A stretch of DNA of 64,000 nucleotides from contig NC_057725.1 in assembly GCF_004010195.1 (NCBI RefSeq), positions 57,320,323-57,384,322 of the forward strand, read 5' to 3'. The notes below the pieces were generated by a model. That model did no database searches and had not been told where the DNA came from. It saw only the letters and a program-made list of their open reading frames with translations. Positions 25,053 to 37,800 of this stretch are shown piece after piece; the first letter of the stretch is position 1; every line of letters starts with the position of its first letter. Position numbers and translations under genes: made by a program. This DNA is from Chiloscyllium plagiosum (Eukaryota).

Positions 25053-26649
25053 ACTCAAAACTCATTTGTTGGTTGCGTTGTCTCATTGTTAAAGTCGCTA
25101 TATGTACGCAGAATGATGTTGACAATCATAGATACTTACATCACAGAAGAATGTTCAGTCTGTCACAACTTTACTAGGTCTTTGAAAGGGCAGTCCCATT
25201 TAATTCCACACTCCACACTTTTTCCCAATTCCACTGCATATCTCTTGAAGCATAGATTTGCCTTTTAAGAGTTCCTGTGAAATTTAATGTCCCCATTGTT
25301 TCAAGTAATGGCTTCCAGATCTTCACATCCCACGGTGTGAAGCAATTTCTCCTCCATTTCCCCTCTAGTCCGTTTGCTAATTATTTTAAATTTCTGATCT
25401 CTGGTTTCCTACGCACTCTTGTCATAATAAATAGTTCCTCTGTTGAAACCCTTCACCCTTTAGAAAAATTCCCTCCAGTTCACTAATGTTCTTCAGGGAA
25501 GAAAATACAATCTACATATGATTGCAGGTCCACACCGATGTGATTGAGTCATAACTGCTCCCTGTAATGGCTTGGCAAGACACCCACCTCAACGGCGATT
25601 AGAAATGGACAAAAATACTGCCATGCCAGAATGCCTACTTCCCAGGAAAACTAAATTCTAAGTTATTTTAGTTCAACAAAAAGAAATGTCCCTGGGTGAC
25701 CTACCTGCATCTTTTACTCCAGTTAGGAAAACATCCATTCTTCACTAATCTCTGCCTCCTATTTCTCAACCAATTATGTACCCACGTTATCACTGTATCG
25801 CGTGCTTTGCTTTTCTGAATAAGACTGTTTTGAAGTACAATCTTGATTTTCTTTCCTCCCCCCCCTCTTTTTGAGTGTTATTTTCATGCTGTTTCATTTA
25901 CGAGATAAGCTGTACACATTCTAATAGTTCATGAATTAGAGTCTCTTTCACTGCTTGGCCAGATTATCTGTGCACATTGAAGTTACAGGGAGTATTAAAG
26001 GCCTAATATTTGCAAACTGATTTGTTGTTTAAAATGCTTTGAAGGTTCACTGTCCCATTGTGAGATCCTTGTAGTGGAGCCAAGTCTGGTTAGTGATTGT
26101 CCTGATCACATCAATCATAACTGATAAGCCTTAATAAATAGTGATTGTTGCACTAAAGTAAGAATATGCACTCACTAGTAGAGGAAGAAAAATGAGCCCA
26201 CTTACTGGAAAACCTCCAAATAATTGTGGTTTGGGATAGTGCAGGGAAAATTTAGGAGGGAGTGAGACAGAATCTGAGAAATGCTGTTTATTTAAATTTT
26301 AATTGGGCTAGAGGATGTTCAAGGAGACTTTGTTTTGCTTCTGCGCTCTAAGTAGCAATAAATTATGGCATTTAACCAACGTCACTTGCATTCTCCAGCC
26401 TTAGTTCCCAGACAGACCTTCACTTAAATCACTGCCTCACTCAGTCCAGTGAAATTAGCCATCAGTCTCAAAGGTCACCCTAAGTCAGGGGTGTTGAGCC
26501 AATTAGTTAATAATTCTTAAGGTAGTCATCCTCAGGGCTTCCACATTTCCCCCCCCCCCCCCCCCCGGTCTCAAAATGCTCCTGCCCCACGATGGACAGA
26601 TGAGCTCCTGCAACACTCAATCCCCACTCAATCCCAGACATCCTCCCAT

Positions 26650-27050
26650 CAAAATCTAGAGTTGAGAGATCCACGATGACCATGAATCCATTTTCAATTG
26701 TCAGGAGAAACCCTTCCGGTTTGCTACTGTACTTTAGGGAAGGAAACAGCCATTCCTACCCGGTCTGGCCTACACGTGACTCCAGGCCCACAGCAAATGT
26801 AATTGACACTTCACTGTCCTCTGGGGATTAAATCATAAGACATAGGAGCAGAAATTAGGCCACTCGGCCCATCGAGTCTGTTCCGCCATTCAATCTTGGC
26901 TGATAGGTTTTTCAAACCCATTCTCCAGCTTTCTCCCTATAACCCTTGATCCCCCCTTGGCAATCAAGAACTTGTCTATCTCTGTTTTAAATTTAGGGAT
27001 GGGCAATAAATGCTGGCCTCACCAGTGATGCTCACATCCCTGAGATGAAT
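26650..27050 (+). mobile_element. tRNA-SINE family X body, with a CR1 3'UTR (-) inserted at ~26832-26990
   Basis: GATGACCATGAATCCATT...TTTAGGGAAGGAAA...GTGACTCCAGGCCCACAGCAA | insert | TTAGGGATGGGCAATAAATGCTGGC. Confidence 0.75.
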
Positions 27051-28619
27051 TTAAAAAAAAAACTCTGAGCATCCTTGCCCCCGTCCACGCCTGGGATTTT
27101 TGTGACCCTCTCCCTCTCGTCCCAACGTCTGACTGAGCAATTGAGCATTTAACCAATTTTCTGAAAAAGAAAGACGTTGAATTCAAATGGAAGTAAGCCA
27201 TTCTTGGAAGGAAAGAAAGGAAGAATTTGAGATGTGATTTGTGTTGGTGGAGATGAACAAAAATAGATGGTGCTGGAGTAATGTTTGTGAAACAGTTCGA
27301 CATAAGTTGTTGCCCTCAATGCTGCAGATACTGACAGAATGCAAATGCAAGTGCACACATAACAAAATAAACCTGTTGAGTACCTCTCCCCCATCCCCCC
27401 ACCCATGAGTCTGGCGAAGAGCAATGGAAAAAGACAGAAGAGAGAGAAAAAAAAGAGAGAGAGAGAAATTATCTGCAGACTGGTGTTGTAATGGAAAAAA
27501 TGTTGTGGACAGCCTCGTCTTAAACACTGTGATCCAGACCCTGCGTGCAAGCTGCTCTTTCCAGCCTAAGCTCTCAGAGACAGAAAAACACACAGCCAAC
27601 CCTCACACCACAAGTGAAACCACAGAGCTGGGGTTACAGCCTTATAGTCAGCTGCAGTTCAGCTGACCAAAACAACATGTGCTGACTGTCAAGAGAATGC
27701 AGAGGGAGTGGGGGAAGGGGCAGGAAGAGAAAGTTTCATCGTTTCTTTTTGTCTTAGAATCCTCTCTTAAGTGAGAGAGGTTATCAACCACTCCCCCCAA
27801 CCAAAACTCCCATAACCCCAGGGTGGGTCAGCACTCTATGTGCAAGTCATCCCAGTCCAGGTTGTCTGTTTAGTTGCCATGCACTATTCATCCTGTTAGA
27901 AATTGTCACCCTTCCCACCCCCCCCCCCCCCCGCCCCAGCCACCCCACACCACCCCCTTCCACCCCCCAGCTTTTTTCTTTAATTAAAGTGTGGTCACAA
28001 GCTGCTCTAAAAGCGACACGACCTCACCTCACCAGTGAGCAACCCCTGTGTCAAGTGCCAGGCAGGTTTTATCAGTCACATTCCCGGGGGTAGCAATGTC
28101 ATTCTTCCCCCATCCGCCCCTCCCAACGCTCTCCCAAAGGTACCAACCACAGTCAGACGTTGGCTCACGATCAGCCTAGGCTGCTTGAGGTCGTCAGACC
28201 AAGGAAAATGAGTGACTTCTTCTTCATCTTCCTGATGTCACGGGGAGGCTAGAACGGTGTCGGTGGGCTCTCCTGACATTGTAGGCCGAATGCGTGGATC
28301 TTCTGGAATTGGCGACAATGTGCCAGCTGCAGTGACAAAGGATTGAGAACTCCCAGCAGCGGTAGGCCTGGAGTGAGGACCTTGCAAATTCCTAGAGCTA
28401 TCTTCGGCACCCAACCATTGAGGATGAACTCTGTTTCAGTACTTTCTTTTCACTCTCTTGGACAACAAAATGGCACCATATTGTGGCGTCGGATCACTTT
28501 ACACCGTATCTCACAGCATATATGTGGCCACCCACTCCATTTTATTCATAGGGAGGGGCCAACCTACCTTCCCCACTACATCCAAAAAGGAGAAAACCCA
28601 TTGGAATGAATGTTTGACC

Positions 28620-28885
28620 CACCTGTTTCCACTGGATCACATGGATATTAAAGGTCCCATGATCCTATATAGCCGGCAGCAGAGACTTCTTCTGGTAACC
28701 TGGGTGACATTGCTCCCTCATTCGTTCGACAACACCAAAAACAGATTGACCAGCCGTTCATTTTGTCACTGTTTGTATCCACAAGCTACTTCTTGCTGTG
28801 CTCGAAATGACTGCATCACTGACACAAGAGACATAACTACACTTCAAAAGCATTAATTGCATTGGGGACACTTCTGAGAGATGCC
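28620..28885 (+). mobile_element. Degenerate Deu-domain SINE
   Basis: GGATATTAAAGGTCCCATG...CCTGGGTGACATTGCTCCCTCA...ACTACACTTCAAAAG; similar to 36580-36880. Confidence 0.45.
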
Positions 28886-29391
28886 ATACCACTCAATGTC
28901 AGAAACAATCAATTTGTGGATGAGTGCACGCATTTGTATTTTGTGTGTGTGTCTGTGCAAAATTGGTTCATTAGGCCTGGTGGGTAGGATGAAGCTTTTA
29001 AGTGATTGTGAACGGCCATGACTTGGCCGTGGGTTGAAAAGGTCGCTTGCCCTCCCAGAACGTCATTCCTGAGGTGGCAGGAAGGGGGCTGGTAAATCCC
29101 AAGTGCCAACCTACCTTCCCCATCCCATTGATAGAGGAGGGAAAAAAACCCACCTTAAATCATAGGTCAGAGACCCATTCAAGCTGCTTTCAGGATGACA
29201 ACAAGCGCGCACTTATTTTTAAAAAAAATAATTTGAAGCGACACATTTCCACTGCACCTTTCATTCCAAAATACTTTGGAGGTAGTGAAGTAATTTGAAT
29301 TCAATAGATGGCTGCAACATTTAAATTCAAAATGTGGTTTCCATTGCAAATGTACAGTTTGCCTATTCATTGGAACAAACCTCCAATTCGC

Positions 29392-29776
29392 AGAATTCCC
29401 TGCAATGCAGGGAGAGGCTATTCAGCCAATCACATTTGCACCAGCTCTCTTAAAGGGCACGCTACCCTATCCCCACAAGGTAAAATCAAGGGCTGCAGAT
29501 GCTGGAAACGAGAGTCTAGATTAGAGTGGTGCTGGAAAAACACAGTAGGTCAGGCAGCATCAGAGGAGCAGGACCACAACCCTCCATTTCCCATGGGTAA
29601 ACCACCTAAATTGCACATCTTTGGACTATTGAAGGAAACCAGAGCACCTGGAGAAAACCCATGAAGACATGGGAAGAATGTGCAAATCCACACAGACAGT
29701 CACCTAAGGCTGGAATCAAACCTGGGTCCCTGGCGCTGTGAGGCAGCAGCGCTAACCCCTGAGCCACTGTGTCACC
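29392..29776 (-). mobile_element. HE1-like V-SINE interrupted by a family-B fragment
   Basis: Head at 29700-29776; tail at 29392-29478. Confidence 0.82.
29479..29573 (-). mobile_element. Penelope-like family B 3' fragment (no ribozyme, not inverted)
   Basis: Matches 62011-62100; flanked by direct repeat CCACAA (29473-29478, 29574-29579). Confidence 0.75.
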
Positions 29777-31409
29777 TTAATCAGCTTCTGACAGTGGATA
29801 TTACCTGTCATTGCCTGCTGATTAAATTATAAAGCTCCACTCTTAGTCTCATAGGAATTTAGTGCAAAGGGTTGTCTACTATTGATTTGGGGCAATTTTT
29901 TCTAACGCTAATATTTGTGAGCTGCAAAGCACCCTGTGGGTGTGTTCCAAATCCATGTTCAGTATTGTGTGCCCCCAGACGATTTTCAGACTGTGACATG
30001 TTCTAATATCTCTCTGGGTCTGTGCATGTGTAAATTCTGAAAACCCAATGCAGCTTGCCAATTATTCAAATGTCTTTTTTTTATCTATGGCATCAGTTTG
30101 ATTCTGTGGTAAGAATTTTGTTCTGAGTCAGCAACTTGTGAGGTTAATCCTCCAGAAAATTAATAAAAGAACCAGGGGTGGTTGGAGAAGAACTCTTTAT
30201 ATGTAACAAGTTGGTTTTTGAAGTCATCTAAAACTTTAATGCTCATGTTCTAACTGGTACCAAGTCCCATTTACACATCACCCCTACACTGGTTTCTGAA
30301 TAACCTTGGTTTTAAAGCTCCTATCAATATTTTCAAACCCCGCAGAGGGACTCTCCCAATCACCAGTCCTACAATCCACCCAGATGTCTGCACTCTGCCA
30401 ATTCTGGGCTGCTGCACATTCTGAATTTTTGGTTCTGGGCCACCCAAGCAGGAATCCCATCCCTGAACTTTGCCATAATCCCACCCTTCTCTTGTCTCCT
30501 AAGATTCCCAAAAAACCACTTCAATAAAGCTGCTGATCACTTGACTTTTGGTGTCAAATTTTGAAAGCTCCTCTCAAGTGTAGTTTAACTACGGCAGAGG
30601 TGTGGTATAAGTATAAATTGTTATAGCTGTTGTTATTGGGATCTGGCGTATACTGTAGATTCAAATATAGCAACATTCAAAAAGAAAATAAATTACAGGA
30701 CGACGGAGAAATAGTGAGAGGAATGGGATTAAATAAGTAGCTCTTTCAAAGAGTCTGATGAGCCAAACCCCTTCTGTGATGTATGGTTTTGTGATCCCCC
30801 CCCAGATCTATCATGCAGATTGGAAAAGACTGAGGCTGGATTGTATGAACTAGGCTGAGGGAGGGCCAAGGCAGTTTGTGCAAGATGTTGAGGGTAGGTA
30901 GTTATATCATTTGCATTGCTCTCCCATCACCATTAGCAATTTTGTAGCAATGCCGAAAATGGTGGATGGTTCAACAACCCAGAGACCATCTGAGGCCCTG
31001 AAGTGGCATTGCTTTGGCCCACAGTGGTGGCTGGGGCACTCTGCCACATAGGGGAAACTATGCAGATTCAGGAAAGGAGGGATTCCAATCAACCTTTAGC
31101 TAAGGATGAGGAAGTCCAAGTGCTAAAAGCAACCCTCACCCCCTGACACAGGCTTTGTTCTCTCCAGCCACTGCCCCATTTCCTCCCTGGAGTGGACCTG
31201 ACTGGCCCCAGTGACCATGACCTTGCTTACCTCGGCTCAAGGGCATAGAGAAGGGTTTCTCCAGGCATGGTGCAGTCCCAACAGTGGCCACTGACCCCAG
31301 TGGCACTGCTGAGACCGACCCGGGGTGTTCAGAAGGAACTTAAGTAGACTGGGGACAAAAATACGAGATGAAGAATGAAAGCTTTGATGTTAAGCTCTCA
31401 GAGCATTTC

Positions 31410-31980
31410 AAGAGGGTCAGTTGGTAAAAGTAGGCAACACACCTCCTCCAGGATAATCTTCAACACCAGTGCCCCACAAGGCTGCAGAGTCAGCACCCCC
31501 GCTCCCCCACTACATTCCTTATACACATACAACTGTGTGGCCAAATTCCACCCCATCTCCACTTACAAGTTTGCTGACGATGCCACAGTTGTCGGTCAGA
31601 TCTTGAACAACGACAAGACAGAATATAGCAAGGAGATAGAGTACTTAACAGCATGGTGTAAATGCAACAGTCTCTCGATCAATATAGCAAAGTAAAGGAG
31701 CAGGTCATTGACTTGAGGAAGCAGAATGGAGGGCATGTCCCTGTCTGCATCACTGGTGCTGAGGTCGAGATGGTCGAAAGCGTCAAGTTTCTGGGAGTGA
31801 CAATCACCAACAATCCGCCCTGGTCGACCCACATCAGCACCTCTCTCTGCACCTTCTCACCAGCTGTAACACTCCATCCTGCACTCTGCTCTGTTACCCA
31901 GATGAACATGCATACTATGATCTCCCTGAAAACACTTTTCACTGTAACTCGGTACATGTGACAGCAATAAATCAAATCTA
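31410..31980 (+). mobile_element. Rex1/Babar LINE fragment (RT domain + 3' tail)
   Basis: ORF 31375-31695 SAPQGC...SLYTYNC...KFADDATVVGQILNND; 31662-31961 VESVKFLGVTIT; tail AATAAATCAAATC. Confidence 0.85.
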
Positions 31981-32887
31981 AGCTAATAGCTGCTGCAACT
32001 GAGCCAAAGGAGACCTGCTGACTGTCTTGTCAGCTCCCCTCCGATGTCTTTGCATGGTCTACCATATAAAAGGCATCAATCTAGTGAGGGTCTCCTGCAT
32101 AGTCACAAATGCAACCTCCTCAGCCTAACCTGATGGAGTTGTTTGTGTCCCTACTGGATAAGGTCAGGGATGACAAACCCTCTTCTTCCCTATTGGTGAG
32201 TAATGGCAACCTCCCTCCACTCCCCCACCCCTGAGGGGAGGGAGACCAAAGCCCCTTGGGTCCCTTCTCACTTACCATCCATGGCTCCAGTGATGGAGTG
32301 AAGGGCCCATGTCAAAACCAGCAGGTTCTGATAGTTCAAGCTTTCCAAGGTGGCTGCCTCCTGTTGCTGCTGGAGCCAGGGCATCAGAGAGAACTTGGGC
32401 AGACTCCTCTGCCCTTCACTGTGTTCTCCACATGATCTCTGGCACCGCTGCTAGACGTTCCCCTGCTTGCCTCTCCATCTCCCATCAGCTCATTAACAGC
32501 TGAACAGAGACTCCTCAAGTGTACTGGCCTCAGCACTCCGGGTCTATGAGACCTTAGTTGTTTCTTCCGCTTGCAGATGTGAGCCTATGACACTGTGTGA
32601 CCCCTGGCCTTGTCTGCATTTGTGAGGTGCTGCGTTGGACGAATGAGTTCAGAGATGCTCCTGGGTTGCTCTGATTGAGGTGTGGGTCCCCTCTAAACAC
32701 AAGATTTCCATTCCTTGTCTCTTAAAGGGATAGGAACCCTGACAGTAGGCAGCAAATTGCTTTATGCACCATTAAATCTAGCTGGCACTCCCAGAAACAA
32801 CTGATGCAGTAAGTCGCCTCTGCTTTACTGACCCATTGTTAAAAATCACACAACACCAGGTTACAGTCCAACAGGTTTATTTGGAAG

Positions 32888-32922
32888 CCCTAGCTTTCGG
32901 AGCACTGCTCCCTCATCAGGTG
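32888..32922 (-). ncRNA. Minimal type-I hammerhead ribozyme motif (mirror copy)
   Basis: Minus strand CAC-CTGATGA-G-GGAGC-AGT-GCTCC-GAAA-GC-TA|GGG; perfect stem II, one stem I mismatch. Confidence 0.6.
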
Positions 32923-32931
32923 GTTGGCAAC

Positions 32932-32966
32932 TACCTGATGAAGGAGCAGTGCTCTGAAAGCTAGTG
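32932..32966 (+). ncRNA. Minimal type-I hammerhead ribozyme motif
   Basis: TAC-CTGATGA(32935-41)-A-GGAGC-AGT-GCTCT-GAAA(32956-59)-GC-TA|GTG; predicted cleavage after 32963; activity untested. Confidence 0.65.
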
Positions 32967-34127
32967 CTTCCAAATAAACCTGCTGGACTATAACCTGGTG
33001 TTGTGTGATTTTTAACTTTGTACACTCCAGTCTAACACCGGTATCTCCAAATTATTACTGACCCGTGGCTGAAAAGCATTTTAGGATGATGTCAGAGCTG
33101 GATAGGTGTGCTATTTATACAAGTTCTTTCTTTAACAAAACTTCCTTAGCAACTTCCTCTCACATGACTCCATTTTCCTTTCATTGGTAAGCTGGGTTGA
33201 TCAGCTAATACATATTTGAAACGGTTAAGGTGGAGACTGGTGCTTTGATTTTCTGAACACCCTTCCTAATTCCTTCTTGAAAACCAGCCTTGTAAAACAG
33301 CGTTTGTGCATTGGTTTGTCTGAATCATGGACAAAACTTTGATTCAACCTGATCAAGCAAACTGTGGCACGAATGAAAAACCCTTGCTTATATTTTGATA
33401 GATATGTCTTTCATGTTGTTTCATATCATTCATAATTCAAGACAAATTGTGATATTTTCATACATGGGATAATAGCCATTATATAAGTGGAAAAGTTATT
33501 CAGTGGTCTTAAAACTGTTGCACTCTTCATTTTTAAGAAGTTTCTTTTTCACCTCTGCCTCTTTTCATCCTCTTCAACCTTGCTGTGCTCCCACATTCCA
33601 TCCATTGCCTGGATCCTCAGCTCCTCATCTCCCAACAGCAGTGCAAGGGCTTTCCTTTTGGAAAACAGTCCAGTTCCCCAGTGACAGCAGAACTAATGAA
33701 TCAGAAATGTCATAACATGTTAATGCTGAAGGGTTCAATTACTTCAAATAGCCATGCGTGACAGAAGCGATCAATACTATTTACTTGGCTCCCGCACGCT
33801 ATGCAAACTGCCGCGGACTATATCTGCAACCTTTGGCACACGAACCTGGCAAAAAAACATGGGGTGCAGTCTCTACAGTTTCAACAGGTGGTCAGGTGCA
33901 GTGTTGTCAACTGTTGCCAGATCATTTGCAGACAACTGGCAGCTTACGCCTCATACAACCACAAACCGTGCCTTTCTTGTGTTTCTGTACAACGTGCAAA
34001 AGCGACCAATGATCATAATCAAGCAAAACACAAACCTACAGCCAAAGAAGAAATGATGGGGAAGGTGACTGAAAGCTTGACCAAAGCCGTGGATTTTAAG
34101 AGAGGTCTTAAAATGGAAGAAAGAGAT

Positions 34128-34443
34128 AGAATCCCTACAGTCTGGAAGTAGGCCCTTCAGCCAGTGAGTCCACACTAACCCTTTGATGAACATCCCACCC
34201 AGGCCCACCCCATCCCTGCATTTCCCATGGCTAACCGACCCAGCCTACACCTCCCTGCACACTAACAGCAATTTAGCATGGTCAATCCACCTAACCCACA
34301 CGTCTTTGGAAGAAGCCAGAGCGCCTGGAGAAAATTAACGCAGACACTGGAAGAATGCACTGACTTCACACAAGTAGTGTGAAGTGGGATCAAAGCCGGA
34401 TCCTTGGTACTATGAGATAGCAGTGCTAACCACTGAGCCACCA
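34128..34443 (-). mobile_element. HE1-like V-SINE, older
   Basis: Minus head GGTGGCTCAGTGGTTAGCACTGCT; diverged V-domain. Confidence 0.8.
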
Positions 34444-34446
34444 TAT

Positions 34447-34477
<31 letters not shown>

Positions 34478-34480
34478 TAT
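34447..34480. repeat. (TA)n microsatellite
   Basis: Interrupted TA run seen directly. Confidence 0.95.
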
Positions 34481-36225
34481 GTAGGGCAGGAATTTCAGAG
34501 CATGGCTTCAAGCTGACTGAAGATATGGCAGAAATGTTCAGGTGCACATGAAGCAAGTTTTATCTTTATTTAGTATCATCCCTTCTTCAGCCTGACACTT
34601 GAATAAATCACAGCTAGAATTCCAGCTTACTCACTTCAAGGCCGTGTGATGCACTCTGGCAGTTGGATGCTGACAACGCTTTCTTGATATTTAAAGAATT
34701 AATTAAACTTTTCTAAAACAGACATATAATGAAATCAGCAGAGGCGGCTGTTTTTCATTTGTTGCCATTTACTTTTGGCAATGTACGCATTCAAATGAAT
34801 AGTGCACTGTTGTGCAGTGATCCTTTTGCTTTGCTGGGTTTGACAGAGCTCTTGGGGAGCTAGTCCCCCTTGGCAGCAGAGAATTTTGGGGGCATGGAGA
34901 TTTTCTGACAGTTTGGAACAATTGGAGCTTTCAATTTTCTCATTTTAAGTTAATGTCAAGCCATCTCATGAATCAATCAACCAGCGTACTGCTGTGTGAG
35001 CTTCATATGGAGTAAAACATAGGCGTGCGCTGCAATACAGTGACATCTTTGAGATGCTATGAAACCACAAAACTTAGTCTGAATTCTGAGCGGGGGAGGC
35101 AGGGGGTCCCACTGCCATGGCCGAAAGAGGAGGTGCTTGTGGGCAGCAGGACCTCAGCCACATCCTGCCAGCAGCAGGCAATCACATGGCTGCTTTCCCT
35201 AGTCAGGAGAGTGGTCTCTCTCCTCCAATAGCTGTGTCCCAATCTGATGGCCAGCAGCGCCACCATCAACCCTGGCCATTGCTGGCACTGCACCTGGCAG
35301 ATTGATAGGTGTGTGCTCTCAAATTCATTGAAATGGGATCTTTGGGGCAGTGGGGCCGATCCTGGCAAAAGGTGTGGTAATCATCGCCAGCTGGTGATGC
35401 CAGTGTGCTGAGGTGACCATTGGCACTGGGAGCGGGCTGGCACGGCCTCCATGAGCACCTAGAAACATGCTCCCAAATGCACTCTCACACCCTGCAACAG
35501 AGATAGGAAATAGCCTTTAGGTGGCCATTTACGCGACTCAGTTGGGTTCTGTACAGGGTGGGCTTTCAAAGGTGAATGGCCAGGCCGTGGGAAATGATGG
35601 ACAGTTTCCTGCATCACCATGCTAGCCCCTGTCACCAGCTCATCCCCAGAGGGTTTGTGGTGTCTATCACTGCAGCCAGCACCATCAGTGATTTGAAACA
35701 ATCTCTTCGATGTTTAAAGTCATTTCATTTTCATTACTATTCTATGAGGAAAGCATAGTTTGGTTCGGACAGATGGCAGGTTTGTACAGTTACTCTCCCT
35801 GACTTACACTAAAGGAAAGAAGGAGCTTCTTGGTATTTTTATAGCACCTTTCAGAACTTTGGGACATCACAACGTGCTTTACAGCTAATCAAGTAAACTG
35901 CTTCCAAGTATTGTGGCATAGACTAGGATCATTCTACCCTGTGGCATATCCTCCTGCTGAAGTGAATGCACCAGTTAGCTGGTAACAGGCCTTGTTCCAT
36001 ATTAAATACTGCTGTGCCTGTACAGACATGTAAATAATCAGTGTACCATGTATGGGGAAGAACTGCTTACAGATAGCAATAACATTGTTACTGGGAACAT
36101 TGTGACCGGCAGTGTGTAAAAAATGGCTTTGAACATAATGGTGAACTGTAGATAGACTAACCGCATCAGGGTAAAGTATACACTGGGCTTGAATACAAGG
36201 CTGCACACATTGCACCTGTAGTTAG

Positions 36226-36437
36226 GAGATAGTAAGGACTGCAGATAGTAGAATTGAGAGTCAATAGATGTGAAGCTGGAAGAGCGAGTCAGACGGCATT
36301 TAAGAGGCAAGAAAGTCAACATTTCGGGCCGAAAAGAGTAACTTTGGCCTGATGAAAGGTTTTGGCCCGAAATGTTGACTTTCCTGCCCCTCGGATGCCA
36401 TCTGACCTGCTGTGCTCCTCCAGCTTCACATCTATTA
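36226..36437. mobile_element. Penelope-like fold-back element, family B, older
   Basis: Arms ATAGATGTGAAGCTGG...GTCAACATTTCGGGCC / GGCCCGAAATGTTGAC...CCAGCTTCACATCTAT; CTGATGA at 36349-36355, GAAA at 36369-36372. Confidence 0.78.
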
Positions 36438-36579
36438 ACCCCCCATGTACCCATGACATTCCACCAAAACCAAGGCTGGGAGAGGAGGACTCTCAACTCC
36501 ACCCTATTACGCTCAGATACAAATGCCATGTGGCATTGGTCCATGGCTTTTACTGTGACTGGGGGAAAGATATCAGACA

Positions 36580-36880
36580 CCCTTAATGAAAAGTTGGCAG
36601 TGGATGTCGGTGAGAATATAAAAGATCGCCTGGTACCATTCAAAGAAGAGTAGGGGTGTTCTCTCTAGCACCCTAGCCAACACTAATCCCTCAACCAACT
36701 TCGCCAAAGGATGGTCATTTATTTTGTTGCTGTTTGTGGGACCTTGCTGTGCAAACAGTGGCTGCCATCTTGTTTGTGTTACAATAGTGATTACTCTCCA
36801 AAAGAAACAAAACGTTGGTTGCAAAGTGATGTTGCAAATCCTGAGGCAGTGAAAGGAGCTAGGTAAATGCAAGCCTATTT
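36580..36880 (+). mobile_element. Deu-domain SINE core and tail
   Basis: TATAAAAGATCGCCTGGTACCATTCAAAGAAGAGTAGGGGTGTTCTC...CCCTCAACCAAC...GCTGTTTGTGGGACCTTGCTGTGC...TAAATGCAAG. Confidence 0.7.
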
Positions 36881-37485
36881 CTTCAACAGGCTAAAACCTT
36901 GCTCCTGAGTTGCCCAACAATCTCACCAAGTTTCATCATGAAGCCAGGCTTTAAACATCTAATCTGACTTCCCAGCTCATGGCCCTCGCATCTAGCATTG
37001 CCAGGAGCATGTTTCTGATGATGTCTGTCTTCTAATTTGCACAGCATATATAGAATAATAGACTTGGTCATCAAGCAGATTATTCATCATTCTGAAGTAG
37101 TACAATGCATTGAAAGTGATCAGCACCAGCTATCTTGAAGTATCCAGTGACACCATTGTGTTGGTGACTGTGGTGGAGTGGAAACTACAGAAAGTCTCAC
37201 TTCAAGCAGGCTGTTTTGCAGTAAATAAAAAGCTATTTTGTCACAAACAGTCCCTTTAAAACAGATCCTTTTAAAAAGAGTTTCAAGAAGCAACAGCAAA
37301 TAACATGACTGAAACTAAAGCCAATCCTCCTGACAGAATTCTGCATGAAAATGCACTGAATGGAAAACAGATATGTACAAATTATGATTGGAAAACCGAT
37401 CTCAGTCACTGACAGTGAGCAGTCTCCAAGTCTGATTGATGGGGAAATTCTCCAGTCATTTAAAAAAACCGATGAGGTGTATTTT

Positions 37486-37800
37486 GAGTCATAGAGCTGT
37501 ACAGCACAGAACAGATCCTCTGATCCAACTAGTCCATGCTGACCAGATATGCTAACCTAATCTAGGCCCATTTGCCAACACTTGGCCCATATCCCTATAA
37601 AGCCTACCTATTCATATACTCATCTGTAATTGTACCAGCTTCCACCACTTCCTCTGTAAGCTCATTCCATATACATGGACCACCCTCTGCATGAAAAGGT
37701 TGCCCCTTGGGTCCCTTTTAAACCTTTCCCCTCTCACCCTAACCCGATGCCCTCTAGTTCTGAACTCCCCCATTCCAGGAAAAATACCTTGTCTATTTAT
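37486..37800 (-). mobile_element. CR1/HER1-like LINE 3' end
   Basis: GAGTCATAGAG tail; CCACTTCCTCTG..AGCTCATTCCAT. Confidence 0.9.

Larger units (their letters stand above)
32838..33054. mobile_element. Penelope-like fold-back element, family A (best preserved)
   Basis: ~85-bp inverted arms around ~32927; TSD TTACTGACCC at 32825-32834 and 33055-33064. Confidence 0.88.

Noticed and set aside
26548-26566. Poly-C run
   Set aside because: Simple homopolymer with no further evidence of function.
27600-27640. RUNX gene P1 promoter (tandem ACCACA)
   Set aside because: The arrangement differs from AACCACAGAACCACAAG and I found no MAS(D/N)S start exon nearby.
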